Origin: a bacterium | GTDB taxonomy: Bacteria > Bacillota > Clostridia > Oscillospirales > Acutalibacteraceae | Direction: 5' to 3' | DNA: 64,000 nt | NCBI GenBank assembly: GCA_963620555.1 | Contig: CAVFAN010000009.1 | Location: 12,375-76,374, forward strand | Shown here: positions 27,799-36,056 of the stretch, piece by piece | How the letters are laid out: every line of letters starts with the position of its first letter | How positions within the stretch are numbered: position 1 is the stretch's first letter | Program-made: the position numbers and the translations under genes | The notes under the pieces: model-generated | The model's input: the letters and a program-made list of their open reading frames with translations, nothing else | What the model was told of the DNA's origin: nothing | Database searches by the model: none

Positions 27799-28968
27799 AT
27801 GAGTCCGATAATCGTTTCAACTTTCGGCGCGTTCACCGCGCTGCTGCTGGTTTTCGCTATTTCTGAGATACTGGCAAAGGTGACAAAGGGCTGGGTTCCG
27901 TCAGTGCTTGTCATCATGATACTTATGCTCGTCGGCTTTTCGACCGGGATTTTCCCGAAGACCATTATAGACGACGCGGGCGTGTCGGACGCGCTGTTCA
28001 AGGTCGCCTGCGGTCTGCTCGTCACCCATCTCGGCACGCTTATAAGCAGAAAAGAGATGGCGGCGCAGTGGAAAACGGTCATAATTTCGCTCATGGGCGT
28101 TGCCTCGATAACTATAATCTGCCTGACTCTCGGCACTGCACTCTTCGGCTTCGATAACGCGATTGCCGCGGCTCCTCCGCTCGCGGGCGGCGCGATAGCA
28201 ACCGCGATGATGTCGAGTGCCGCGACCGAAGCGGGCAAGACCTCCGCCGCCCTTGTCGCGATAGTCTGCCTCTCCCTCCAGGGGCTTGTCGGCTATCCGC
28301 TGACCTCGTTCTGCCTGAAGAAGGAGACAAAGAGACTCACAAAGCTCTACAGAAACGGCGAGTTCAAGGCGTCAACCGCCGCCTCCGAGGATAAGAAGGA
28401 CGAAAAGAAGAGAGCCACAAGCACCACTATTATCCTGCTCAAGCTCGCGCTCATCACTCTCGCGGCTTACTGGATCGACTATGCCACAAAGGGCTATGTC
28501 CCGATGTATGTCGTCTGCCTGCTGCTCGGCTTCGCCGCTCACGAGCTCAAGCTCGTTGAGACCGACGCCCTCCATGAGGCGAGCTCCTACGGCTTCGTTA
28601 TGACCGCGCTGATGATGGGTCTGTTCAAGACTCTCGCAAGCTCCGGCACCGACGGCATCGCGTCCGTCGTCGGCATTTCCGCCGCCCTTGTCGCTCTCGC
28701 GGCAGCGGCAATGGCACTCATGGCTCTGCTTGCAAGCAAGATATTCAAGCAGTCGTTCTTCATGTGCTATGCGATAGTCCTCAATGCCTTTTCCGGCTTC
28801 CCCATAAATATGCTGATAACCACCGAGGCTATCAACATAAATACCGAGGAGGGCGACGAGAGAGACAACATCACCGCTGAGATTATGCCCAAGATGCTCG
28901 TCGGCGGCTTCGTCTGCGTGACGATAGTCTCCGTCCTGCTCGCTGGTATTCTCGTAAGATTCATGTAA
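27799..28968 (+). CDS. Polytopic membrane protein, putative transporter
   Basis: About 10-11 hydrophobic helices. It starts 30 nt after the amidohydrolase stop, and a terminator follows at about 28984-29018. Confidence 0.7.
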   Translation: MSPIIVSTFGAFTALLLVFAISEILAKVTKGWVPSVLVIMILMLVGFSTGIFPKTIIDDAGVSDALFKVACGLLVTHLGTLISRKEMAAQWKTVIISLMGVASITIICLTLGTALFGFDNAIAAAPPLAGGAIATAMMSSAATEAGKTSAALVAIVCLSLQGLVGYPLTSFCLKKETKRLTKLYRNGEFKASTAASEDKKDEKKRATSTTIILLKLALITLAAYWIDYATKGYVPMYVVCLLLGFAAHELKLVETDALHEASSYGFVMTALMMGLFKTLASSGTDGIASVVGISAALVALAAAAMALMALLASKIFKQSFFMCYAIVLNAFSGFPINMLITTEAININTEEGDERDNITAEIMPKMLVGGFVCVTIVSVLLAGILVRFM

Positions 28969-29135
28969 TTCAATTTATTAAAATGCTCCCCGAACCGAAC
29001 AGCGCGGGGAGCTGTTTTTACATCTAAAGGTCAGAGAAACAGTAAAAATTTAAAGAATAACGATAAATATTTATTGACAATCTTAAAAAGCCGTGCTACA
29101 ATAGCCTCGCAAACCAAAGAAAAGAGGTATGTAAA

Positions 29136-29642
29136 ATGACAGATATCAAGAAAATGAAAACGGAAAAAATCGTCCTCAACGGACTCGTTATTGTCGGCAT
29201 CGTGCTGACCGTGCTCGCGGTTCTCGGCTCTCCGTTTGTTATTGCCGCAGTTATAAAAGCGGGCGCATTGTCGGCTCTGCCGCCCTACACATGGATTCTG
29301 ACCACCGTGTCCGTCTATGTCTGCGCCGTGCCGTATATGGCGGCGCTTATAGAACTCAAGCTTATCTGCTCGCGGATTTTCACGGACAAGGCGTTTTCGC
29401 TCGGCACGGCGAAGAAGTTTCGCAATATCGGCATCTGCGCATTTGCCGAGCTGCTCGTGTTTGTGATAGACCAGGCGGTGCTCTGCTCGATGCTCGGTAT
29501 GTATGATCTCATGGGGCTTTACTATCTGCCGGTTTTCGTGTTCGTGTTCGTCTGCGTTGTCGCGGGAGTCCTTGCGTTCGCGATGGGCGGCGTGTTCAAG
29601 CGTGCGGCGGTCATCAAGGAAGAGAACGATGAGATTTTTTGA
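29136..29642 (+). CDS. DUF2975-like membrane protein
   Basis: Four TM helices, followed by a YozG-type HTH gene, which is the usual pairing. Confidence 0.72.
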   Translation: MTDIKKMKTEKIVLNGLVIVGIVLTVLAVLGSPFVIAAVIKAGALSALPPYTWILTTVSVYVCAVPYMAALIELKLICSRIFTDKAFSLGTAKKFRNIGICAFAELLVFVIDQAVLCSMLGMYDLMGLYYLPVFVFVFVCVVAGVLAFAMGGVFKRAAVIKEENDEIF

Positions 29643-29657
29643 CGGCGGGGTGACGGT

Positions 29658-29876
29658 ATGATAGTTATAAATCTGGATGTTATGATGGCAAAAAGAAAAA
29701 TGTCGCTCACAGAGCTTGCCGACAGGCTCGGCATGACAATGGCGAATGTTTCAAATTTCAAGAATCACAGGGCAAAGGCCTTTAGATTTTCAACTCTCGA
29801 CTCCCTCTGCGAAATTCTCGACTGCCAGCCGGGCGACCTGCTCGAATATGTTCCGGGAGAGAGCGAAGAAACATGA
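29658..29876 (+). CDS. XRE/YozG-type helix-turn-helix regulator
   Basis: The sequence MAKRKMSLTELADRLGMTMANVSNFKNHRAKAFRFSTLDSLCEILDCQPGDLLEY is a full YozG-like HTH. Confidence 0.88.
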   Translation: MIVINLDVMMAKRKMSLTELADRLGMTMANVSNFKNHRAKAFRFSTLDSLCEILDCQPGDLLEYVPGESEET

Positions 29877-30361
29877 GAATACGAAAAACAGTTTCTGTTA
29901 TAGCGGCAATTTGTCTGCTTGCGCTTTCACTCTGCGCCTGCACCTTCAGGAGCAAGGATCCGATTATAGCCTCACTCGGCAGGGCAATGTCGGTGCAGAG
30001 GTACAGAGTCAGCGGCTTCGGCGATTCGACTGACTATGGGATCTACACTTTCCCCGGCGCGAAGCCGGAGGAGAGCGAGTATTTTGAACCTGTGACCGCC
30101 GAGAGCAAGAATGAACTGCTCGGATATATCGACAATTTTGAGAATTGGGTCAATGTCATTCGCGAGGAAGATGATGATAACGCGCTTGTTGTGAACTGTC
30201 GTTTTTCGCGCGCCGATATCGATGAGAGCGACTATCTCTATATCAGCGACCGCTGCGGCGAACCGACAGGCGAAGGAGTCTATTCAAAGTACGACAGCTA
30301 CAATGTCTACTTCTTCGATTCGCAGACCGCGGCACTGTATTATTTTCACAATAATATATAA
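29873..30361 (+). CDS. Lipoprotein, unknown function
   Basis: MRIRKTVSVIAAICLLALSLCAC lipobox. The start overlaps the HTH gene stop. Confidence 0.7.
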   Translation: MRIRKTVSVIAAICLLALSLCACTFRSKDPIIASLGRAMSVQRYRVSGFGDSTDYGIYTFPGAKPEESEYFEPVTAESKNELLGYIDNFENWVNVIREEDDDNALVVNCRFSRADIDESDYLYISDRCGEPTGEGVYSKYDSYNVYFFDSQTAALYYFHNNI

Positions 30362-30466
30362 CAGGAAAAATAATTGAGGCTTTTCAGTCCGTTTCTGCGT
30401 TTTCACGGTTGAAAATCATATGAAAATGCATTAAAATAGATGTAGAATCTATGAGGAGGACTGACT

Positions 30467-31180
30467 ATGGAAGACTTCAGACATATGCCTCTTGAAAACA
30501 TACAGAACTGCCGCGACCTCGGCGGATATCCGATAAAGGGCGGCGGCTTCACAAAATACGGCAGGCTTCTGCGCTGCGGCAGACCGCGTGCTGCCACGCC
30601 GAAGGATATGGAGTTTTTCCGCAAATACGGGATAAAGAATGTTTTCGACCTGCGCGGCGATTCCGAGGCGATATCCATGCCGTCGGAGTTTGCCGAGCAT
30701 ACGGGCGTAAATTACTACCATTTCTCCCTGCTCGAAATAAACCCCGCGTCGCCGCATATGGAGATGATGATGCCGGAGGTGTATGTGACGAGCCTCAACG
30801 AGTGCAGAGACAACTATGCGCACCTGTTCTACGAGCTTTCGCGTGTCGATGCTCCGACCATGTTTCACTGCTTCCTCGGCAAGGACAGGACCGGCATAAC
30901 CGCCGCGCTGATACTGCATCTGACCGGCGTGTATTTTGAGGATATAGTCGCGGATTACCGCATATCCTCGACATATCTTGAGCCGTTTTACCGCCGTGAG
31001 ATGGAGAGAAAGACGGGGCTTGTCCACGAGAGCGATATGGCGCACCTCGGCTCGCCGTCGGAGAATATAACCGCCGTGTTTGAATATCTTTCGCGCCGCT
31101 ACGGCTCGGTCGAGGACTATTTTCTCTCCGCAGGACTTACCTCCGATGAGATAGACGCGGTGGGCAGGATACTCAGATAA
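30467..31180 (+). CDS. Protein-tyrosine phosphatase (Y_phosphatase3 type)
   Basis: CX5R active-site loop HCFLGKDRTG. Confidence 0.85.
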   Translation: MEDFRHMPLENIQNCRDLGGYPIKGGGFTKYGRLLRCGRPRAATPKDMEFFRKYGIKNVFDLRGDSEAISMPSEFAEHTGVNYYHFSLLEINPASPHMEMMMPEVYVTSLNECRDNYAHLFYELSRVDAPTMFHCFLGKDRTGITAALILHLTGVYFEDIVADYRISSTYLEPFYRREMERKTGLVHESDMAHLGSPSENITAVFEYLSRRYGSVEDYFLSAGLTSDEIDAVGRILR

Positions 31181-31246
31181 ATATTTGCATTAACAAAACC
31201 CTCCGTCCGGCAATCCCGACGGAGGGTCAATATTTTATTCGGCGGA

Positions 31247-31792
31247 TCAGACCGATGCGAGGAAGGCGTCGGTGTCGGTGATCTCCGCGCCGTAGGTTTC
31301 CTTGAGATACTTCAGACCGTACTCGTAGTCCTCGGCGGTGAAGGAGTTCGTCGCGTCTTTGATAACAACAATGTCGTAGCCGAGCTGATAAGCGTCGGCG
31401 GAGGTGTGGCGCACGCACATGTGGGTGTGCAGTCCGGTCACAACAACGGTGTTGACGCCGAGCTCACGGAGCAGGAGGTCAAGGTCAGTGTGGAAGAATC
31501 CGCTGTAGCGTCTCTTGGGAACAACATAGTCGCTCTCGCAGAGTCCGAGCTCGGGAATGACTTTCGCGCCCTCGGTGCCCGCTATCGCGTGGTCGCCCCA
31601 GAGCTTAAGCTCGTGGTCTATGCCCTTGAGATGAGCGTCGTTGCAGAAGATAACCGGTATGTTTTTTTCTCTTGCGCCCTTGAGCAGCTCGGCGGTCTTG
31701 GGAACTATTGCAAGACCTCTGTCGCATTTGAGCGCACCGGTGACGAAATCGTTGAGCATATCAACGACAAGAATTGCATACTTCTTTTCCAT
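31247..31792 (-). CDS. Isochorismatase-family cysteine hydrolase (nicotinamidase-like)
   Basis: LVVDMLNDF and VVVTGLHTHMCVRHT motifs. Confidence 0.9.
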   Translation of the reverse strand: MEKKYAILVVDMLNDFVTGALKCDRGLAIVPKTAELLKGAREKNIPVIFCNDAHLKGIDHELKLWGDHAIAGTEGAKVIPELGLCESDYVVPKRRYSGFFHTDLDLLLRELGVNTVVVTGLHTHMCVRHTSADAYQLGYDIVVIKDATNSFTAEDYEYGLKYLKETYGAEITDTDAFLASV

Positions 31793-31964
31793 GATATTTT
31801 CAGCTCCTTGTGTGTTATGGTTAAATTATACCGATTTAAGCTGCGGGTGTCAATGACGATAGAAACAAAGAAAGCTCTCCTTTTCGGCGGGCTTTTGTGT
31901 GATATAATTTATTCATATCAATTTCCCGGGAAACGGAGAGTTTGAAATTTTTTTGATTTGCCTA

Positions 31965-31993
31965 TTGACAGGGTAGGCAATATGTGCTATATT
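31965..31993 (+). promoter_or_regulatory. Sigma-70-type promoter of the cysK leader
   Basis: TTGACA (31965-31970), a 17-nt spacer, then TATATT (31988-31993). Confidence 0.55.
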
Positions 31994-32039
31994 GTATCCA
32001 ACATAGCGCCGAGGTAGGCGTATGAAGGGAGAGAATGTT

Positions 32040-32153
32040 ATGAAAAAGACCGCCGTAAACCGAATGAACCGCCGTAGCCGCACCTGTTGTCAGTGCGCGT
32101 GTTTCTCCGTGTCTTTTTCCGAGATGTCCTCCGGATGCGGGTCGTTGAACTGA
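32040..32153 (+). CDS. Cys-rich leader peptide (37 aa) upstream of cysK
   Basis: AAGGGAG lies 8 nt before ATG 32040. The translation is MKKTAVNRMNRRSRTCCQCACFSVSFSEMSSGCGSLN, with four Cys in six consecutive codons (32085-32102). The stop codon lies inside a hairpin just before the terminator. It falls below the 60-aa cutoff of the ORF track. Confidence 0.5.
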   Translation: MKKTAVNRMNRRSRTCCQCACFSVSFSEMSSGCGSLN

Positions 32154-32173
32154 CCCGACAAAACGGCTTTTTG

Positions 32174-32208
32174 GCCGGGGGCACTCATCGGAGCTCCCCG
32201 GCTTTTTT
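32174..32208 (+). terminator. Intrinsic terminator in the cysK leader
   Basis: Stem GCCGGGG/CCCCGGC followed by TTTTTT, 48 nt before the cysK ATG. Confidence 0.78.
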
Positions 32209-32255
32209 ATTGCGCCGAAGCACAACTTTAACTGATTTCAAAGGAGTAATTCACT

Positions 32256-33188
32256 ATGTCAAAGATTTATACCTCAGCAGACCGGCTTATAGGCAACACC
32301 CCTCTTCTCGAGCTGACCCACATTGAAAAGAAATACGGACTCAAGGCGAAGGTGCTCGCAAAGCTTGAGTATTTCAATCCCGCAGGCTCCGTCAAAGACA
32401 GAATCGCCAGAAAGATGCTCGACGACGCAGAGACGGCGGGCAAGCTCACCCCCGATTCCGTTATCATCGAGCCGACCTCCGGCAACACCGGCATCGGTCT
32501 CGCCTCCGTCGCCGCCGCACGCGGCTACCGCATAATTATCGTTATGCCCGACACGATGTCAGTTGAGCGCCGCCAGCTGATGAAGGCATACGGCGCGGAG
32601 CTTGTGCTCACAGAGGGCGCAAAGGGCATGAAGGGTGCTATTGCCAAGGCTGACGAGCTTGCAAAGGAGATACCCAACAGCTTTGTGCCCGGTCAGTTCG
32701 TCAACCCCTCGAACCCCAAGGCTCACTATGAGACCACGGGTCCCGAAATATTCGAGGACACCGACGGCGAGGTCGATATCTTCGTCGCAGGCGTCGGCAC
32801 CGGCGGCACCATAACGGGCGTCGGCGAGTATCTCAAGGACAAGAAGAGCGGCGTGAAGGTCGTTGCGGTTGAGCCCGCGACCTCGGCGGTGCTCTCGACA
32901 GGCGTTGCGGGTGCGCATAAGATACAGGGCATCGGCGCAGGCTTCGTGCCCGATGTGCTTGATACGAAGGTCTATGACGAAATAATCCCCGTCAGCAACG
33001 AGGACGCGTTCGAGACGGGTAAGCTTATCGGCAAGAGCGAGGGCGTGCTGGTCGGCATATCCTCCGGCGCCGCCGCTTATGCAGCAATAGAGCTTGCAAA
33101 GCGCCCGGAGAACGAGGGCAAGACGATAGTCGTGCTCCTGCCCGACACAGGCGACCGCTATCTGTCAACTCCGCTTTTTCAGGACTGA
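32256..33188 (+). CDS. cysK: Cysteine synthase A (O-acetylserine sulfhydrylase)
   Basis: [12 protein letters not shown]-lysine motif, the TSGNTG loop, and full-length CysK collinearity. Confidence 0.95.
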   Translation: MSKIYTSADRLIGNTPLLELTHIEKKYGLKAKVLAKLEYFNPAGSVKDRIARKMLDDAETAGKLTPDSVIIEPTSGNTGIGLASVAAARGYRIIIVMPDTMSVERRQLMKAYGAELVLTEGAKGMKGAIAKADELAKEIPNSFVPGQFVNPSNPKAHYETTGPEIFEDTDGEVDIFVAGVGTGGTITGVGEYLKDKKSGVKVVAVEPATSAVLSTGVAGAHKIQGIGAGFVPDVLDTKVYDEIIPVSNEDAFETGKLIGKSEGVLVGISSGAAAYAAIELAKRPENEGKTIVVLLPDTGDRYLSTPLFQD

Positions 33189-33253
33189 TAAATAATTTTT
33201 CCGCAGGCTTCGGCTTTTCCGTCGGTGCTTTCGGGCTTTTCGAGAGGAAGAAT

Positions 33254-34342
33254 ATGACCTTTAACCCCGATAACCCGCGCCGCAAGGCACTCATCGCGAT
33301 GAGCGGCGGGGTGGATTCGTCCGTCGCCGCATATCTCGCTAAAGAGAGCGGGCTTGACTGCATCGGCGTGACGATGAAGCTTTTTGACAACGAGGACGCA
33401 GGGATCAGCCGCGAAAAGAGCTGCTGCTCGCTCGAAGATACGGAATATGCGCGGGGCGTCGCCTACAGACTCGGGATGCCGTATTATGTCTTTAATTTCA
33501 CTGCGGATTTCAAAGAGCAGGTCATGCGCCGCTTTGCCGAAGCCTATGAGCGCGGCGCGACCCCGAACCCCTGCATAGACTGCAACAGATATCTGAAGTT
33601 CGACCGCCTCTATCGCCGCGCAAAGGAGCTCGGCTGCGAATATGTTGTCACGGGTCACTATGCGCGAATCGAAGAAGAAAACGGCAGATTCCTGCTGAAA
33701 AAGGCTGTTGACCCAACAAAAGATCAGAGCTATGTGCTCTATTCAATGACGCAGGACGAGCTGAGGCATACGCTTTTTCCGCTCGGCGGCATGACGAAAA
33801 CGCATACGCGGGAGCTTGCACACAAGCTCGGCTTCTATAACGCCGACAAGCCGGACAGCCAGGATATCTGCTTCGTGCCGGACGGCGATTACGCCTCATT
33901 TATCCGCTCGTTTACGGGAAAAGACTATCCGCACGGAGAGTTTGTTGACAAAAGCGGCAATGTGCTCGGCGGGCACAGGGGGCTTATAGGCTACACCGTC
34001 GGTCAGCGCAAGGGACTGGGAATATCGCTGGGTGAGCCGAAATATGTGACCGCCCTGCTGCCCGATGAAAATCGCGTCGTGCTCGGCGGCAATGAAGACC
34101 TGATGAGCCGCGACTTAGACGCGAAGAATTTCAATTTTATCGCCTTTGATAACCCGCCCGCGGTGTTCCGTGTGAGTGCGAGGGTCAGATACAGGCAGGC
34201 GGAGCAGCCCGCGACCGTGCGCGTCACGGGCGAAAATACTGTGCATATAACATTCGACGAGCCGCAGCGGGCAATAACCAAAGGTCAGGCGGTTGTCGTC
34301 TATGACGGCGATGTAGTTATCGGCGGCGGAGAGATCTGCTGA
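33254..34342 (+). CDS. mnmA: tRNA 2-thiouridine(34) synthase
   Basis: SGGVDSSVAA PP-loop and full-length MnmA collinearity. Confidence 0.95.
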   Translation: MTFNPDNPRRKALIAMSGGVDSSVAAYLAKESGLDCIGVTMKLFDNEDAGISREKSCCSLEDTEYARGVAYRLGMPYYVFNFTADFKEQVMRRFAEAYERGATPNPCIDCNRYLKFDRLYRRAKELGCEYVVTGHYARIEEENGRFLLKKAVDPTKDQSYVLYSMTQDELRHTLFPLGGMTKTHTRELAHKLGFYNADKPDSQDICFVPDGDYASFIRSFTGKDYPHGEFVDKSGNVLGGHRGLIGYTVGQRKGLGISLGEPKYVTALLPDENRVVLGGNEDLMSRDLDAKNFNFIAFDNPPAVFRVSARVRYRQAEQPATVRVTGENTVHITFDEPQRAITKGQAVVVYDGDVVIGGGEIC

Positions 34343-34364
34343 GCGCGAAACGGAGGTAATTTTT

Positions 34365-34766
34365 ATGATGATATCAACGCGGGGACGCTACGCTCTGAGG
34401 GTGCTCGTTGACCTTGCGGAGCATAGCGGTAGTCTTGTCCCGATGAAGGATGTCGCGGCGCGCCAGGGCATCTCGAAAAAATATATGGAGCAGATAATGG
34501 CTCTGCTCGTAAGGGACGGATATGTTGAGGGCGTCCACGGCAAGGGCGGCGGATACAGGCTCGGCAGACCGCCGGAGCAGTGCGTTGTCGGCGATATCCT
34601 GCGCCTGACCGAAGGCAGCCTCGCTCCCGTGGCGTGTCTCTCCTGCGAGGAGCCGTGCGGGCGTACGGACAGCTGCCGCACCATCGGGATGTGGCGCAGA
34701 TTCGAGGAGATAACGAACGAATACTTTGACGGCATAACAATAAAAGACCTGATGAAAACCGAATAA
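34365..34766 (+). CDS. Rrf2-family transcriptional regulator (IscR/CymR-like)
   Basis: STRGRYALRVLVDLA winged-helix N-terminus. Three Cys (CLSCEEPC...C) suggest an Fe-S ligand set. Confidence 0.9.
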   Translation: MMISTRGRYALRVLVDLAEHSGSLVPMKDVAARQGISKKYMEQIMALLVRDGYVEGVHGKGGGYRLGRPPEQCVVGDILRLTEGSLAPVACLSCEEPCGRTDSCRTIGMWRRFEEITNEYFDGITIKDLMKTE

Positions 34767-34877
34767 AAGAGAAGGTGCTGTCGCATTTAGATGCAGAAGA
34801 ATGCGACAGCACCTTTTGAATATGAAAAGGCTCCCGCCCGTTTGGGTGAGAGCCTTGATTCTGTTTTGTGTCGGGGA

Positions 34878-35828
34878 TCAGCCCTTTGCGCCGTTATAGC
34901 CCTGCTTGTTGTTGCCGATCTTAACGGTGTAGTCAACCTCGCCGTACATGTTCTTAACATTGGCGGTGATACCGAGCTTGAGTTCAGCCTCGCTGATGCT
35001 GATCTTAACGAGATAGTGATAAGTACCGTTGACTATCTTGCCGGTGCTGTTGTCAACGCGAGCGAAGATGTAAGAGTTGGTGTAGGTGAGCTTAACATTC
35101 TCCTTGCCGCTCTTGAACTCTGCGCCGAGCTGGGTGAGAGCCTCATCTATGCTGCCGAGGGTTCCGACGCCGCGGGCAACGGGACCGCCGTTCTTGGAGT
35201 CACCGTTGGGACCGTCAGTCTGATCCTTGATGTAGATGATGTAGTCGGTGTACTTGCCGTCCGAAGAGGAGATAGCCTTAGCGGACTTGACGTCGCTGCC
35301 CTTGAGGTCGGAGTGGCTGGCTGCGGGGACATAATCGGTGTCGGTGGAGTTGTTCTTCAGAACTCTGTTGATGATGGGGGATGCGACCTTGAACAGATTG
35401 CCTGTCGCGCCGTCGCCGGTTACCTTGCCGTTGTTGCCGAGAACCATGGTCTGAACGCCTGCGGGTGCGGGATGGGTTGCCTTGCGAGCCTTGACATAGT
35501 CGGCGACTATCTCGTCAACGGTCTTTGCCGCTGCGGGAGTGCTGCCGCCCTGAGAGCCGCCGCTCTGGCTGCCGCCGGATTTTGCAGTAGTCTCAACGAC
35601 CTTGCCGGAAGCGTCGGTGACAGGCTCGGTCGAAGCGTCGCCGCTTGCATCCGTGTTGTCTGCCTCGGAGGCGTCTGCGGGAACGGTAGAGCCATCGCCG
35701 TTGTCGATGACCTCTCCGCCTGCGGAGGAGGGATCGGTTGTGGTCTCGCCGTCTTTCTTGTCGCCCTTGCAAGCCGCAAAAGCAAAGACCATAGCGAGAA
35801 CCATGATGAGTGCGAGAATTCTCTTCAT
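34878..35828 (-). CDS. Secreted lipoprotein, unknown function (paralog 3 of 3)
   Basis: MKRILALIMVLAMVFAFAAC lipobox and a low-complexity linker. The C-terminal domain shares DLKGSDVKSAKAI with the two other paralogs. Confidence 0.8.
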   Translation of the reverse strand: MKRILALIMVLAMVFAFAACKGDKKDGETTTDPSSAGGEVIDNGDGSTVPADASEADNTDASGDASTEPVTDASGKVVETTAKSGGSQSGGSQGGSTPAAAKTVDEIVADYVKARKATHPAPAGVQTMVLGNNGKVTGDGATGNLFKVASPIINRVLKNNSTDTDYVPAASHSDLKGSDVKSAKAISSSDGKYTDYIIYIKDQTDGPNGDSKNGGPVARGVGTLGSIDEALTQLGAEFKSGKENVKLTYTNSYIFARVDNSTGKIVNGTYHYLVKISISEAELKLGITANVKNMYGEVDYTVKIGNNKQGYNGAKG

Positions 35829-36056
35829 TTGGTTGTGCTCCTTTAAACATTTTTCTTGATTTTGTGAATAAATCGCTTCACAGTAACTTCAGTGTACTCT
35901 AAAGTGACCAAAAAGTCAAGAAAAACAACGCTGTAAATTATAACAATTTTGTAACAAACTGTTTAAATTTGCTTGACTTTCGGGTGCGGGCGCATATAAA
36001 ATGTACACAGAGATTTAAAAAGCACGAGCCGCAAGGCGAAAGGAGACGGACAAAAT

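Noticed and set aside
32000-32255. T-box or SAM (S-box) riboswitch upstream of cysK.
   Set aside because: I could not find the T-box core (GGTGGTACCGCG-like) or the S-box conserved helices. The Cys-rich leader ORF explains the leader better. This needs confirmation with Infernal.
34791-35846. 351-aa plus-strand ORF.
   Set aside because: It is an antisense shadow of lipoprotein gene 34878-35828, and its sequence is low complexity.
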